Of a DNA stretch of 64,000 bases, positions 23,820 through 35,700 are shown piece by piece. A model generated the notes under the pieces. That model saw only the letters and a program-made list of their open reading frames with translations, was not told the origin of the DNA and did not search any database. How positions within the stretch are numbered: position 1 is the first letter of the stretch; each line of letters starts with the position of its first letter. The translations under genes and the position numbers were made by a program. Source of the stretch: Felis catus (taxonomy: Eukaryota); contig NC_058383.1 in assembly GCF_018350175.1 (NCBI RefSeq), forward strand, positions 30,134,001 to 30,198,000, written 5' to 3'.

Positions 23820-24012
23820 TCAGAAGTCCTCAAACTAGAGCATGCATCAGAACTCAGCTGGAATGTTTGTTAAAATACAGGTTGCTGGGCCCCACCCCCT
23901 TAGTTTCTGGTCCAGAAGGTCTGGGAGGACCAGAGAATGTGCATTTCTAAAAAGATCCCAGGAGGTGCTGACATTGCTGGTCTTTGGACTGCCGTTTGAG
24001 TACTTCTGCTCT
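23820..24012. mobile_element. MER5A
   Basis: ctcaaactagagcatgcatcagaactc...ttgttaaaatacaggttgctgggccccacccc...tgcatttctaaaaagatcccagg. Confidence 0.85.
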
Positions 24013-24184
24013 AGAAGTTTTGATCGCCATATTCTGAGACTTGAGAATGCACATGTGTACCATACATCCTATGGAACCATGCACCCAAAGGTTTAAGACC
24101 ACCAGTGCAATTCTGAAGCCAGCAATGGGCTAGATTTAGCCCAGAGGGTACAGTAAAGGCTGGTTCTGCTTGCTCCCCGACCCT

Positions 24185-24660
24185 GCCTTACATCCCAGCT
24201 CTATCAGGCCACTTATAGTTCTCCAAATTCCAAGCTGTTTTCTGTGCCTTTGTGTCTTTGCACATGGTTTTTTCACCTGTCCAGAACACTTTCCCCCATT
24301 TCTCTGTTTCATCCTTCAAAATGCTGTTCTGATGCCATAATCTTCAGTATCACTCTCCCCTAAGGGGACTTTGTCCTTCTTTAAGGAAACTCTTTCCCTC
24401 AAGGAAATTACAGTCTGGAGTGGAGGTCATGAAATGAACAACTCCAATTTGTGATACTGCCTCTGTGTTTTGCTGGGCCTTACACATATTTCAATGTTGG
24501 GCTTATTACCTAACATCAAAACGGTTGATTTCTTATGGCTTATTCTCCCACTTAGATGGTGCCCCCTTAGGGGGCCAAAGCCACATCTTTTCATCTCTGG
24601 TTGCCCAGTTCCTAAAGAGAGTTGGTGAGATGGTTGAGTGTTTTCTAAACGTTTTCTGAG
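24185..24660 (+). mobile_element. L2 3' region
   Basis: gtctttgcacatggttttttcacctgtccagaacactttcccc...catccttcaa; tctcccacttagatggtg. Confidence 0.6.
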
Positions 24661-25110
24661 TTCAATACAACATAGCTCTTATTCCCAAAGGGATACAATC
24701 TTATACAAACACTAGTGCAACAGATGTGAAAACCTTAATTATATTATTAGTTGCCATCAGAATTCCTTTTATGTATCGGGACTGTTTTTGTTGAGAGAAA
24801 TCCCTTGAGAAGCTACGTGCAGCTCTAAGTAAAGCTCAGAGTGCCTGGACTTTAGAAAAAAATGAAGGCAATGAAAGAATCGGCTATGGCTACGTGGCTC
24901 TGTGGGAGAAGATGAAAGAAAGGTGGCTTTGCTCTTGAGGTACGGGGAGAAGGAATACAGAAGAAAGGGCACTAGGACTGGGAAAGTGAAATGTGAAAAA
25001 GATTGAGAAAGGGAGGGGCCTGCTATCAGTGAGGTGGGGTAAGGCTCACGCACAATGATGGGATGAGATGGCCCATTGAAATCCTCTAGTCCCAGGATGA
25101 CCAAAGCATT

Positions 25111-25457
25111 CAGTAACAGGTGAAGGGTTTTTTTTTTTTTGTTTGTTTGTTTGTTTTTGTTTTTTACTACTGTGGAACTTTCCTATGGTCTGCCCTGTGC
25201 ACCCTATAATTTTCAATAGAATGTGCCATTCACAAATGCCTTCTTCAGGTGCTTCTGTTAATGTTTGCTTTTGGGAAATAGAGGAAGAGACTGAGTTGAG
25301 TGTCTGGCTCAGCACATTGAGGACCACAGCCATGATTCAGGGAAGAGTGGCAAGGTGATGTGCCATGAAGGGATTCCATTGAATCAGGATGCTACTTGGT
25401 CAAGAAATACTCACTGAGCATGGCTTAGTCCTGGACATTCTTCTAGAACTGGGGATA
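25111..25457 (+). repeat. Donor copy of a local ~300-bp dispersed duplication
   Basis: Aligns colinearly to 26726-27027, e.g. accctataattttcaatagaat, agtgtctggctcagcaca, ttgaatcaggatgc, tagaactggggata. Confidence 0.95.
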
Positions 25458-25910
25458 CTGCAGTGAACCAATGGAAAAGCCCTTGGTCCCATGGAGTGTA
25501 TGCACTGGGGGGAGACATTTAACGTAACTGGGGTGCTGAGTGCTTGGAAGGAAAATGAAGCAGGACGAGATGGGGGTGTGATGATGGTACATGGTGCTTG
25601 GGGAAATCCTCTTTGAAAAGAAGATGTTGAAGCAGAGAACTGAATGAAATAAGTGGTAGGCTGTCTGCAGTAAGAGAGCTCCGGGCAGAGAGAACAAGCA
25701 GAAGAGCCTTGAGAGAAAGAATGGTTGGTGCAACTGAGAGCAGCAAGGGCACCAGCAGATCTGGAGCAGAGGGGGCAGTGGAGGGAGTGGGGTTTGGCCA
25801 GACAGCAGGGGGCAGATCACGTGAGCTGTTGAATGACAAGGAATCTGGATTTCACTGTGAATGGGGTGGGGTGTGGGATAGGGAACCATTAGCGGGTGTG
25901 GAGCAGATAA
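25398..25910 (-). mobile_element. L2 3' region (probably continues at about 27410-27560)
   Basis: tcaagaaatactcactgagc...ctggggatactgcagtgaac...atggag; aaggaatctggatttcactgtgaatgggg...ggaaccatt. Confidence 0.8.
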
Positions 25911-25944
25911 GTACTGCTGATGGTAGTAATACCAAGTAACAAAC

Positions 25945-26170
25945 GTTCATTATATAGCAGAAATGTTGAAGAGTGATGTGCATATAGAAATGATCTCATT
26001 CTCTTCTCTCAACAAACCTGTGGCCCAGGAGCTATTTTTACTCCATGCTTTGCAGATGAGGAAACTAATGCTGGGACATGTTCCATGAGTCACCCACGGT
26101 TACATAACTATTAAGTGACGGCAGCAGGGCTTGACCTGAAGCCTTTCCGACTCCAAAGCTCGAAATCTTT
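25945..26170 (-). mobile_element. MIR
   Basis: tttgcagatgaggaaacta core. Confidence 0.7.
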
Positions 26171-26452
26171 TGCCTCCATTCAGCAATGACAAACAGCACA
26201 CAGTCAAGTGTGAATGCCCACAATACATGTCGAGTGAATAACCAGCTGAATAAAGGCTCGGTCATTCAGTAAGTCATTTGTGTGAGACAACCTGATGCAA
26301 CAAAGGAGACATCATAATGAGTGAAGGCAGGGGGAAGAAGCCCTGTGAGAAGAAGCATGTGGAGATGATGCAGTGGAAGGGAAGTGTGTGGGTAATGATG
26401 CCTGGGGAGATGTACAGGTGGAAAGCAGAGTGGTTAAGAACGTGAGCTCTGC

Positions 26453-26583
26453 GGGGTGCCTGCATGGCTCATTTGGTTAAACATCTGATTCTTGATTTTG
26501 GCTCAGGTCATGATCTTAGGGTTCATGAGATTGAGCCCCACATCTGGCTCTGTGAGGAAGGCAAGGAGCCTGCTTGGGATATA

Positions 26584-26630
<47 letters not shown>

Positions 26631-26689
26631 TCCTCCTCCTCCTCCTCTTCCCTCTCTCAAAATAAATAAATAAACATAAAACAAACAAA
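26453..26689 (+). mobile_element. CanSINE with expanded (CT)n/(CCT)n tract
   Basis: Full body; TSD aagaacgtgagctct (26436-26450) / aagaacatgagttct (26690-26704). Confidence 0.95.
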
Positions 26690-26706
26690 AAGAACATGAG
26701 TTCTCT

Positions 26707-27189
26707 GGGGCACCTGGGTGGCTCTGTCACTGTGGAAGTCATTTTTTTTTACACTATTTTGGGAACCTTTCTATTGTCTGCACTGTGTACCCTATAATTT
26801 TCAATAGAATTTGCCATTCACAAACGCGTTCTTCAGGTGCTTTTGGGAAATAAAGGAAGAGGTTGAGTTTAGTGTCTGGCTCAGCACAATCAGAACTGGA
26901 GTCATGATTCATGGAACAATGGCAAGGTGATGGCCATGAAGTGATTCTGTTGAATCAGGATGCCACTTGGTCAAGAAACATTCATGAGCATGACTTAGTG
27001 CTGGACGTTCTTATAGAACTGGGGATAGAACAAGTGTCTAACTCTTGTTAGACTCAGGCTCAGGTCATGAACTCGAGGTTCAAGGGATCGAGCCCCATTT
27101 TGTCTCTGAGACTGCTTGGAATTCTCTCTCTCCTCTCTCTTCCCTTCCTCCACTTGCTCTCAAGATAAATAAACGCTAAAAAAATTAAA
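26707..27189 (+). mobile_element. CanSINE split by a ~300-bp non-SINE insert
   Basis: Head ggggcacctgggtggctctgtc; body resumes at 27032 (aagtgtctaactcttg...gctcaggtcatga); third TSD copy aagaacatgagctct at 27190-27204. Confidence 0.9.
26726..27031 (+). repeat. Inserted copy of 25111-25457
   Basis: By-eye alignment about 85-88% identical, with a 15-bp deletion at a tgctt microhomology. Confidence 0.95.
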
Positions 27190-27774
27190 AAGAACATGAG
27201 CTCTGTAATTAAGAACCGGCTCAACACTCCAGGGACCCACCCAAACAACCGTGGTCCAATTCCTTGACATCCCTGTGCCTAGATTTTGTCATCTGTAAAT
27301 GAGAGTAAAAACAGAACCGTCTCTATAGGGATTTACCTGAGAGAAAGCACAGAACTCGTCAGATGCTTAGCATATAGCAAATAGTCAAGAAAAGTTTAGC
27401 TAATATGAATTGAGACAGAAGTAGATAAAAGTGAGAAACATTTAGGATTTGGTGGTTGATGAGGGGATGAGAAGAGAATGACCCCCAGGTTTTTGGGTTG
27501 AGCAACTGAGAGATTAGTGGTGCCATTAACTGAAATGGATGACCCTGTTGGAGAATCAGACTTTGTCAAGACACCATAAAAGTGTTACCCCAAGAAAGAG
27601 AGAGAGGAGTCCTATTTCCTCTGAGAATGGAAGCAAGATAGGCAAAGAGATGTAAAGGAAATTCAGATGGTGAATCTTCTCAACCTTTAAAGGAGAGATG
27701 GAATCATCCATCAGGGTGGGGAATGAAGGAGGAACAATAAGTGTTGGGCAAAAGTAAGAACAAGTAACATAGTT

Positions 27775-28240
27775 ATGGTGTTGATGTAAATCTCCCCAAA
27801 CAAAACCTGAGACAAGGATTTGGGTGTAGGTACTTTATGTGACAGTTTATGTCCAAAAGCAGGAAGGAGAGACTAGGGCAAGTGACATGAGAAAGGAAGG
27901 ACAGTTGGTAAGGGGTATTATTGAGTTGATTACCGCTATGGACAACCAGAAGGCATCTTGTTGGGGATCCTCTGAGAAACTGTGGAGACTGCACCTCAGC
28001 ATGTCCATTGACTCCCAACTCCCACTGGCTGAGGTTGCCATGCTGGTGTTACCTCCCTTGTGTGTCTAGGCTCTGCCTATGTGTGCCCTGAATGAACTGC
28101 CACCATTTTTTAAAAAGATCTGAGACAGTAAAGTGGAGAGACACAGTGGGGACTTGAGACAGGACACTGGCAGTGACCATTTTCTGTAGCTAAAGTCAGA
28201 GTTGGGCTCAGTGAAAGTGATACTGGGCACCGAGAGCATC
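27775..28240 (-). mobile_element. ERVL LTR33-like solo LTR
   Basis: cctgagacaaggatttgggtgtaggtactttat...ttgagttgattaccgctatggacaac...tggggatcctctgagaaactgt. Confidence 0.6.
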
Positions 28241-28825
28241 TGCTTGAGAAAGAGAAAGAATAAATATACTTCAGATCTTAGAAAAATCGCAAAATATATA
28301 AGTACCTTCAGTATCATTTAATACACAAAGACCCACAGCTCAGAAGGTGAAAATAAGTTGGCAAATTGGGGGTTAAACTCAGATGGAGTCCAAATTATAC
28401 ACACTTTCCCCACCTACCGTGTTGCTAGCCTTCAGCAAAAAATTCCATTACAATGAAAATGGCAATAGCATTAATGGGCCAATTCTCCCCAGTACTAATT
28501 ATTGGAGTTTTGCTGACTTACTCTTCTCCAGACCAGAACCTAAAAATACCCATTTCTTGAGAGAGTGGATACACAGAGTCTAAAGAGGAAAATGAGAGCC
28601 ACAGAGAATCCAAAATTGGATACCCTGCCCAGTTGAAGTCCAGGGAATGGGAATTGGATATCTCAGCCCAATCAAGAAGTTCGTTACCTCCAGGGATATG
28701 TAGCTATTTAAGTTCTAGGCTTCCAGCCTCAAAGGGAGAATTCCAAAAATTCTATCTGTAATTTGCTTAGCTCAGCATATGCCCAGTGATATGAGGTATT
28801 TTTCTGTTTTCCTCATTCTGATAGA

Positions 28826-29019
28826 TCTTTCTTTTATTTTTTGAGACAGAAAAAGAGTCAGTGGGAGAGGAGCAGAGAGGGAAGGAGACAAAGACCAAAG
28901 CAGGCTCCAGTCTCTGAGCTGTTAGCACAGAGATGGTTGTGGGGCTCGGACTCATGAACCATGAGATTATGACCTAAGCCAAAGTTGGACACTTAACCCA
29001 CTGAGGCACCCAGGTGTCC
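28826..29019 (-). mobile_element. CanSINE
   Basis: gcaggctccagtctctgagctgttagcacagag...gaggcacccaggtgtcc. Confidence 0.92.
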
Positions 29020-30007
29020 TAGGTTTTTCTAACACTATTTGATCCTAAAACACCTTGTCTTGTAGACCTGTCAACTGCATACGGTTCATCTTCCTATAAC
29101 TGTGCAGAAAACCACACAAATAGTAGGTGTTACACCTGTTGTTGACACCTGAAACTCGTAACCCTCAACAGTCTGACATAGGCCAGGCATAATGTGCAAA
29201 AGAGGGTTCTAATCCTCCTCTAACCTGAGACCTTCCACTGGCTGCTTGAAGAACTTACATTCCTGCTGAATCTGTGAAAATTCTGAAAAACAGAATAATG
29301 TTCTCTGATGGTTTCTGTGTCTTGCAAGACGAAAAGGAAAGGAAGAAGCAGGGAGAGAAATTTATTAAACATTTACCTATGCCAGGTATATCCTCATAGA
29401 TTATTTCATCTAATTCTCACAGGTTTCTAACAGATCCAAGAAAATTAGGGTGAACTTTCAAGGTTCAAACACCCATGCTCAAAGCCAAGATTTGAACTCA
29501 GATGGCTGACTTCAAAACCAGACAGCAAATATTTCATCTCATGCTTCTATCTCCTATTCTGCTCCCAGGCAGACATCACTAATCATTCAGGCCTTTTATT
29601 CCACTGATTTCAGAATCCTTTCCATCTCAGTGTCCCACACAGTCCATTACCAATCAAGTAGACACTAGTAGGGGCCAAATGATGCCCTTCCTATTTACCA
29701 AAAACTTGCAGGCAGAAGGAAGATTCTCTTTCTTCAAGGGAGGCCATGCCCCATGACTGTCCAGACCAGTCTCAAAGGTCATCTCAGGACAATACAGTGG
29801 ATCCTACATCCCCACCATGATCTCCCTTTGATAATAAGGAGTGCTGTGTATGGCTATCCTCCCATCCCCTACCAGCAGCCACTGATAATACGTTAATGCA
29901 TTTTCTACTTCCAGAAATATTGCTCTTGGCTTGGACTTAACTCTGCCTACACTGCAGCTGCATTTCAAATCATAATCTCCATGCCATAATAAAGTCTCCA
30001 TTTGTTA

Positions 30008-30048
30008 ATTTTTTTAAGTTTTTTAAAAAAATTTTAATGTTTATTTTT

Positions 30049-30081
<33 letters not shown>

Positions 30082-30251
30082 CGCGCGCAAGCAGGGGAGG
30101 GGCAGAGAGAGAGGGAGACAAAGAATCCGAAGCAGGCTCCAGGCTCCGAGCTGTCAGCACAGAACCCAACAAGGGGCTCAAACCCATGAACTGTGAGATC
30201 ATGACTTAAACTGAAGTCGGATGCTTAACCAACTGAGCCACCAAGGTACCC
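30008..30251 (-). mobile_element. CanSINE (tandem pair, left) with expanded (GA)n(GC)n
   Basis: Full body. Confidence 0.94.
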
Positions 30252-30256
30252 TGAAA

Positions 30257-30470
30257 TTTTTAAGCTTATTTCTTTATTTAGAGAGCGAGTGAGAGAGAGT
30301 GAGCGAAGAGAGTGAGAACAGGGGAGGGGCAGAGAGAGGGAGATACAGAATCCTAGGCAGGCTCTGCCCTGTCAGTGCAGAACCCAACACGGGGCTCAAA
30401 CCCACAAACCATGAGATCATGAGCTGAGATCAAGAGCCGGGTGCTCAACCAACTTAGCCACCCAGGCACC
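30257..30470 (-). mobile_element. CanSINE (tandem pair, right)
   Basis: Full body; the pair is flanked by tccatttgttaat on both sides. Confidence 0.93.
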
Positions 30471-31559
30471 TGTCCATTTGTTAATCTTTATTTCTGGCCC
30501 ATATATATGAAGTCAAAGAAACCAGACCATGCACTCCCACTCTTCTGCACCCGGTGGCACAGAATGTGTTTTCAAAGGAGACTAAGAAGTGGGCATTGCC
30601 ACTCAGCTTGGGCAAGGCTGAGGGTTTGAGTGGGCAAAGAGATGTTTTGGTGTTAGAACCTTCAGGAATTCTCCTTCAACTGTCACCCTCCCCGCACCCC
30701 CCCCCCCCAGCCATGCTCATGATTGATATTAATCTCTCCAACATCCTTTGATGTCAGCAAAGCCATTTTTATTCGGGCAGTAGCCAGAAGGACTGTGGCT
30801 GATTCACCACCTGTTGTCATTCTCCCTCCTTCCTCCGGCAGTGAATTTAGAAGAACTCTTTGCAGGGTAGCAGTGTATTTGCTATGGCACCATAGTTGCC
30901 CATGTTTGATCTCCTGTTTCTTGCCTGGAGCTTGTATTTCAGACTAGAGTAAATTATTTACCGGTGTAACAACCAAGTCTTGTGTTATTCAAAATATAAA
31001 CCTGAAATATCGGAGCAATCAGACCTCACCAGCCAACGCTATTTATGCTTTGCAGATAGAGACAGATCAGAGGATGAATCATAATTATCCCAACACATCA
31101 ATTTTTCTAAATGCAGGAGGGGAGATTCAGTTTTCTCTCCTGTGAACTTCAGGAAATAAACAGCAACTTGGGCAAGTGTCTGTTGACTTCCCCTCCCCAG
31201 AGCCATCACAGGCTGGAAAGAGGAGGGTGGCCAGGAGAAAGTCAGCTCTGGGGCTGCCCTGGCTTCCTTCCTTTGCTCTTTCAATGGGCTTTGCACATGA
31301 GCAGTCCTTGGTTTGGACTTTGCTCATACATGTGTCGTACTTGTTTTCTTTCCTTTCTCTTCTCTGCCTCCCTCCCACCAGTCCATGAGCTTATGAAAGG
31401 CAGGAAACCAACTTACACAGAAGAATGTGCTTATATAGAAGCACCTACCATTTGCTTTACTTGGTAGCCTTGACACTGTCTGGTGAGGAACCCCCCCCCC
31501 CTTTTTCCCCATCAGATGGGCAGCCTGCTTCAGGATGGAGAATGTAAGTGGCAAGTGGT

Positions 31560-31815
31560 AGGCAGTGTGGGTAAGTGGGTTGGAGGCTAGGCTTTGGAGT
31601 AATGTACATCTGGGTTTGAGTCCTGGCTCTGCTGCGTTTGCTGTGTGGCCTTGAGAATGTTACTTAATCTTTGTGATTCCCAGTTTCTTCATGAGTAGAA
31701 TGGGGATTGTATGAAAATTGATTGAGACAACTAACTCATATAAAAGAAATCACTCCCATAAAGAATTCAGCATCGTACTTGTACATCAGGGTTCAATAAA
31801 TGATAGTCATTGTTT
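31560..31815 (+). mobile_element. MIR
   Basis: ggctttggag...ctgggtttgagtcctggctctgc...gctgtgtggccttgagaatgttacttaatct...cagtttcttcat. Confidence 0.8.
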
Positions 31816-32303
31816 CTGTTTGGGAAGATGTGAAAGCCTGTTATAGGTCCAAGAAATACTGTTGGTAGAAGATATGAGGATAGAATGTTCTCTGGCACAG
31901 CTGGGTTCCTTGCTCTGACTTTGCCAAGGCCTCTTTTGGAGAATAAAAGAGATTCTGTGTAATAACAAGAAACATCTGAAAACCAGCCATTCAACAAGCC
32001 ATTTCAAGTTCATACCCCAGTACTTGCCCTTTTCCTCATCCTCTTTCTCTCTCCGCACACATGAGCATAGCAGCGAGGTGAGTCTTAGAATGAGGTGTGC
32101 CTCTGGGGCCTGAAGTCACATCTGGAAAAGACCCACTTCTGCAAATGCATCTCTGCCTTTTAGGAGGCAGAGGCAGAAACCCAAAGCTCCCAAGAATGGC
32201 TCTCAGAGGACGAACGCTGAGGTCGGATGGGTTCCAGGCTTATCTCAGCAGATACCAGTTTGGGCGCCTTGCAAAGAGCTCTAGTAAAAATAATGGAACT
32301 CCC

Positions 32304-32510
32304 GGGGTGACTGGGTGGCTCAGTTGGTTGAGTGTCCAGCTCCTGATTTTGACTTAGGTCATGATCTCATGGTTCCTGAGATTGAGCCCTGTGTTGGGCT
32401 TTGCACTGACAGCTCAGAGCCTGCCTGGGATTCTCTCTCTTCCTCTCTCTCTTCCCCTCCTCCATCCCCCACGTTCATTCTCTCTCTCTCTCAAAATAAA
32501 CATTAAAAAA
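32304..32510 (+). mobile_element. CanSINE
   Basis: Full body; TSD taatggaactcc on both sides. Confidence 0.94.
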
Positions 32511-33911
32511 AGTAATGGAACTCCTAACTTTTGCACATCTTCTAAGGAACTAAGTCTGTCTTTATATGTGACCTGGTCCCTCCCTTCCAGGCCAGATAAA
32601 GACCAGACCCTTTTATCTGCTCATTTAAACCAAAATAGCCACCCCCTCCCCCTACATGAAATTTATTACTATGTTTTCATGATTCTAAGACAACCATTTG
32701 TAAGACACATCACTGATCTGATAGCACCTCCCTGGAAGAAAAACACAAAAATAAATGTGCACATTGATTCAATTGTGCTCTGAGAATGCTGAAATGGGGA
32801 AAGATGTAGAACTTGGGATAGAAGAAAAATTAGACATCTTAACTTCATGGGCACTGCTTGCTAGAGAAATGCTAGAACTGTCAGTGGATTAAGAAGTGCA
32901 GCAGTGGCTGTGTGGCAGCAGAGTGCCCAGCCCTCCTGTCTGTCTCTGCCCCACCGTCCTCATGAACCCTGCACCTAGCCTCCAGAGCTTCTGCTTAACC
33001 AGTGACGGCACACACATCCATAGTATCTGTCCCTGTGACTCCAGCCTCCCTCTCTGCAGTTAGGCAAGTTGTTTTGTTTTTGTTTGTGTTTTCTCCTGCA
33101 GAAAACAAGACTGCCACCGTAGGAGACTCTGGTGGGTGATTAAGACACAATATCAAGTAACAGGAACATGACTGCTTTGCAAACCTCATTGGCATTTTGC
33201 TGGAGGGGACTAGAAGGACAAAGGGGGATGATATTTATCATATGAAGTTCTCCATGGCAATCACATGCCTCTTATTTACCTCTTTGGTCTGAAACCAGAT
33301 TTATTTTCTTGGTTAGGAAGTCCCTCTTTCCAGTTTGGTTGATTCCAAAGAATAAATGTCAAGACCATGGCTGCATGTGAGTGGAGAGCATTTGAGAGTG
33401 ACCTTGGGGGCGACTAACCCACCCACTGCTGTGTCCTCTGGCAAAGGGGAGTGTTAGTCCACATCAGATGGAGAGTGGGAAGGGAGAAGAGTTGAGGAGG
33501 CCACAAAGCATACAGCCAGGGGACTGTGTAATAGACGACTCCTGGTGGGAGGCAACGTTGTTCCATGTGTCTTTCCTTCCTCTGCCCTGTTGGGTCTACA
33601 GAGGTCGATTGGGCCTCTGTATTGTCGTGCTGATCATGTGATTAAAACAGGGCCTATCAGATGTTCTCTAATATAATTCAGAATCCAATCGAGCAGCAGC
33701 CTTTCAGTGTCTATCTGTGTTTGGCTAATAACCCCAGTTATGAAGTCAGACACCTGGGGACCCCTCCACCACTTCCTAACTCCCCTGAGGCAGTTATTTG
33801 CTGACTTCTCCCTTGAGAACTCATAAGGGAAATGACAGCACCCACACCTTCTAAGATGTTTAGCACATTGTTGTTGGCACGTAAAAAGTACTCAGTAAAT
33901 ACCAACATTAT

Positions 33912-34214
33912 TGTTTCAGTTTTCTGTGGTTACCATAACAAGTTATCCCAAACTTAGTGGCTTAACGTAACACAAATTTATCTTACCCTTCCATAGGTTA
34001 GAAATCTGACACAGGTCTCAGCCTGTGGTTACTTGCTTCCATAGAACCCCACCTGGATAATCCAGGAGAATGTCCCTACTTTGAGGTCAGATGATTGGAA
34101 ACCTTCATTCAATTAGCAATCTTAATACTGCTTTGCCACAAAATGTAGCACATTCCCGGGTTATGGAGATTGAGATATGGACATCTCTGGGTCAGCAGTA
34201 ATCTACCTGCCACA
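33912..34214 (-). mobile_element. MaLR MLT1D-like solo LTR, internally deleted
   Basis: taacaagttatcccaaacttagtggcttaacgtaacacaaatttatctta...cccacctggataatccagga...tggacatctctggg...ctgccaca. Confidence 0.75.
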
Positions 34215-34316
34215 ATAGGACAAGGTGAAAATGGTGACTGAAAGGAAGCAGTTCTACAGGAGAGCGAAGACAGGGCAGACATATAGAGTTCTGGGGCCTT
34301 TCCAGTTCCCAACATA

Positions 34317-34321
<5 letters not shown>

Positions 34322-34374
<53 letters not shown>
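34322..34374. repeat. (TC)n microsatellite, about 26 units
   Basis: Read directly; polypyrimidine mirror repeat. Confidence 0.97.
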
Positions 34375-34379
<5 letters not shown>

Positions 34380-34949
34380 AAGCTGGCTCAAAAAAGCTTG
34401 AGTTGCTAATACTTAACCTTTGGAATCTTGAGAAAATGGAAATGTTCCCAGTAACAGTGTTCTGCACAACAACTACTCAATCCTATCACAGTGACCACTG
34501 ATACCAAAACACTACTCACCAGTGTATGTCAACTCTTCACTCTTCATGTGTAACATGCCATTGACACACTTGCCACGGTTAGGAAATCTCAGGATGTGGC
34601 CCCTGGTTGATGGGCATGTTTCCTTTTTTAGGTATAAAACACTCATCTAAAGATGACCCGGGCCTTTTAGGTCAGCCAGTGGCATCTAGGTACATAAAAT
34701 TGCATCCCTCATTGATCATCTATTGCAGTATTTTCGGGGAGTCAAGTCCACAGTAGTATCTTTTCTTTGTCCAGAAATGCAATCCTCTGTTGAAAAGTGT
34801 GCTCCAGATTCCGCTTCCACCTCCTCTAAGCTGTCATTGTCTCTTCACTGTTATGTGAAAGATGGAGACTTTCAGATGCAGGATTTCTGGAGCGCTGGCC
34901 TTGCGCTGTGTGATTGCCCTTGGAATTGGGTTATGGACAGGCTTGAGGA

Positions 34950-35145
34950 AGCGGGCATTTGAATCCTAATTGTGCCTCTTATGAGCTTTGGGACCCCAAG
35001 CAAGCTACCGAGCCTCTCTTAGTCTCAATATCCTCCTTGTATAAAATGGGGACAATGTTTGCCACCTCAAAGGATTGTTCTGGGAATCAAATGAGAAGGC
35101 TGTGCCTGACCTAGGGCTGAATGTACAGCAAATGCTCAAAAGTGG
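34950..35145 (+). mobile_element. MIR
   Basis: tttgaatcct...tgtataaaatggggacaat...cctcaaaggattgttctgggaatcaaatgag. Confidence 0.75.
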
Positions 35146-35429
35146 TAGCTTCCACTCCTTTTATTTGGTTGAACCGGGAATCAAAAGCAGATCTCTGGTA
35201 TTATCTTTTCTCACACCACCAGGAAGAGAACTAAAAAGAAGTTAAAATTGTACAATACATTGTTTTCCTTTGGTTGAACTTTTTTTTTAAGAAGTATTTC
35301 TTTGTTCACAAATAAAGCTGGCTGGATTGGTTGCTTTTTGGTGATCCTTTGGTTCTTTTGAGTCAATGAGTGAAGGCAGAGAGTAGGAGGAAACCAGGAA
35401 ACCAGAGATCCGAGCGCCATATTTATATC

Positions 35430-35700
35430 GAGTAATGTGAATAAATCTCAAATGCCTAACGCAAGGGAAGAAAGGTAAGAAACAGGATGGGACTTATAGC
35501 ATAATACCATTTATGTAAACTCAAAACATGCATATACAGACACCATATTTTTTCAAGGGTGCAGGTATATTTTAAATGTGTATAAACTATGGAAAGTGAC
35601 TTGAAGGATATATGCTAGGTGCACTAGTGTGGGTACCTGGTAGGGAAAAATAGGAAATAAATATGAAAAGAAAGGAGGCTCCTACCACTGGATGATAATT
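35430..35700 (+). mobile_element. L1ME-like 3' end fragment
   Basis: tgaataaatctcaaa...tatagcataataccatttatgtaaactcaaaacatgca. Confidence 0.5.

Noticed and set aside
26436..27205. Three 15-bp direct repeats with spacers, superficially CRISPR-like
   Set aside because: They are TSDs around SINEs; the spacers are hundreds of bp long and the DNA is mammalian.
32020..32083. Pyrimidine tract followed closely by GAG|GTGAGT (possible microexon)
   Set aside because: The acceptor is ambiguous (first AG is in a GAG context) and nothing else supports it.
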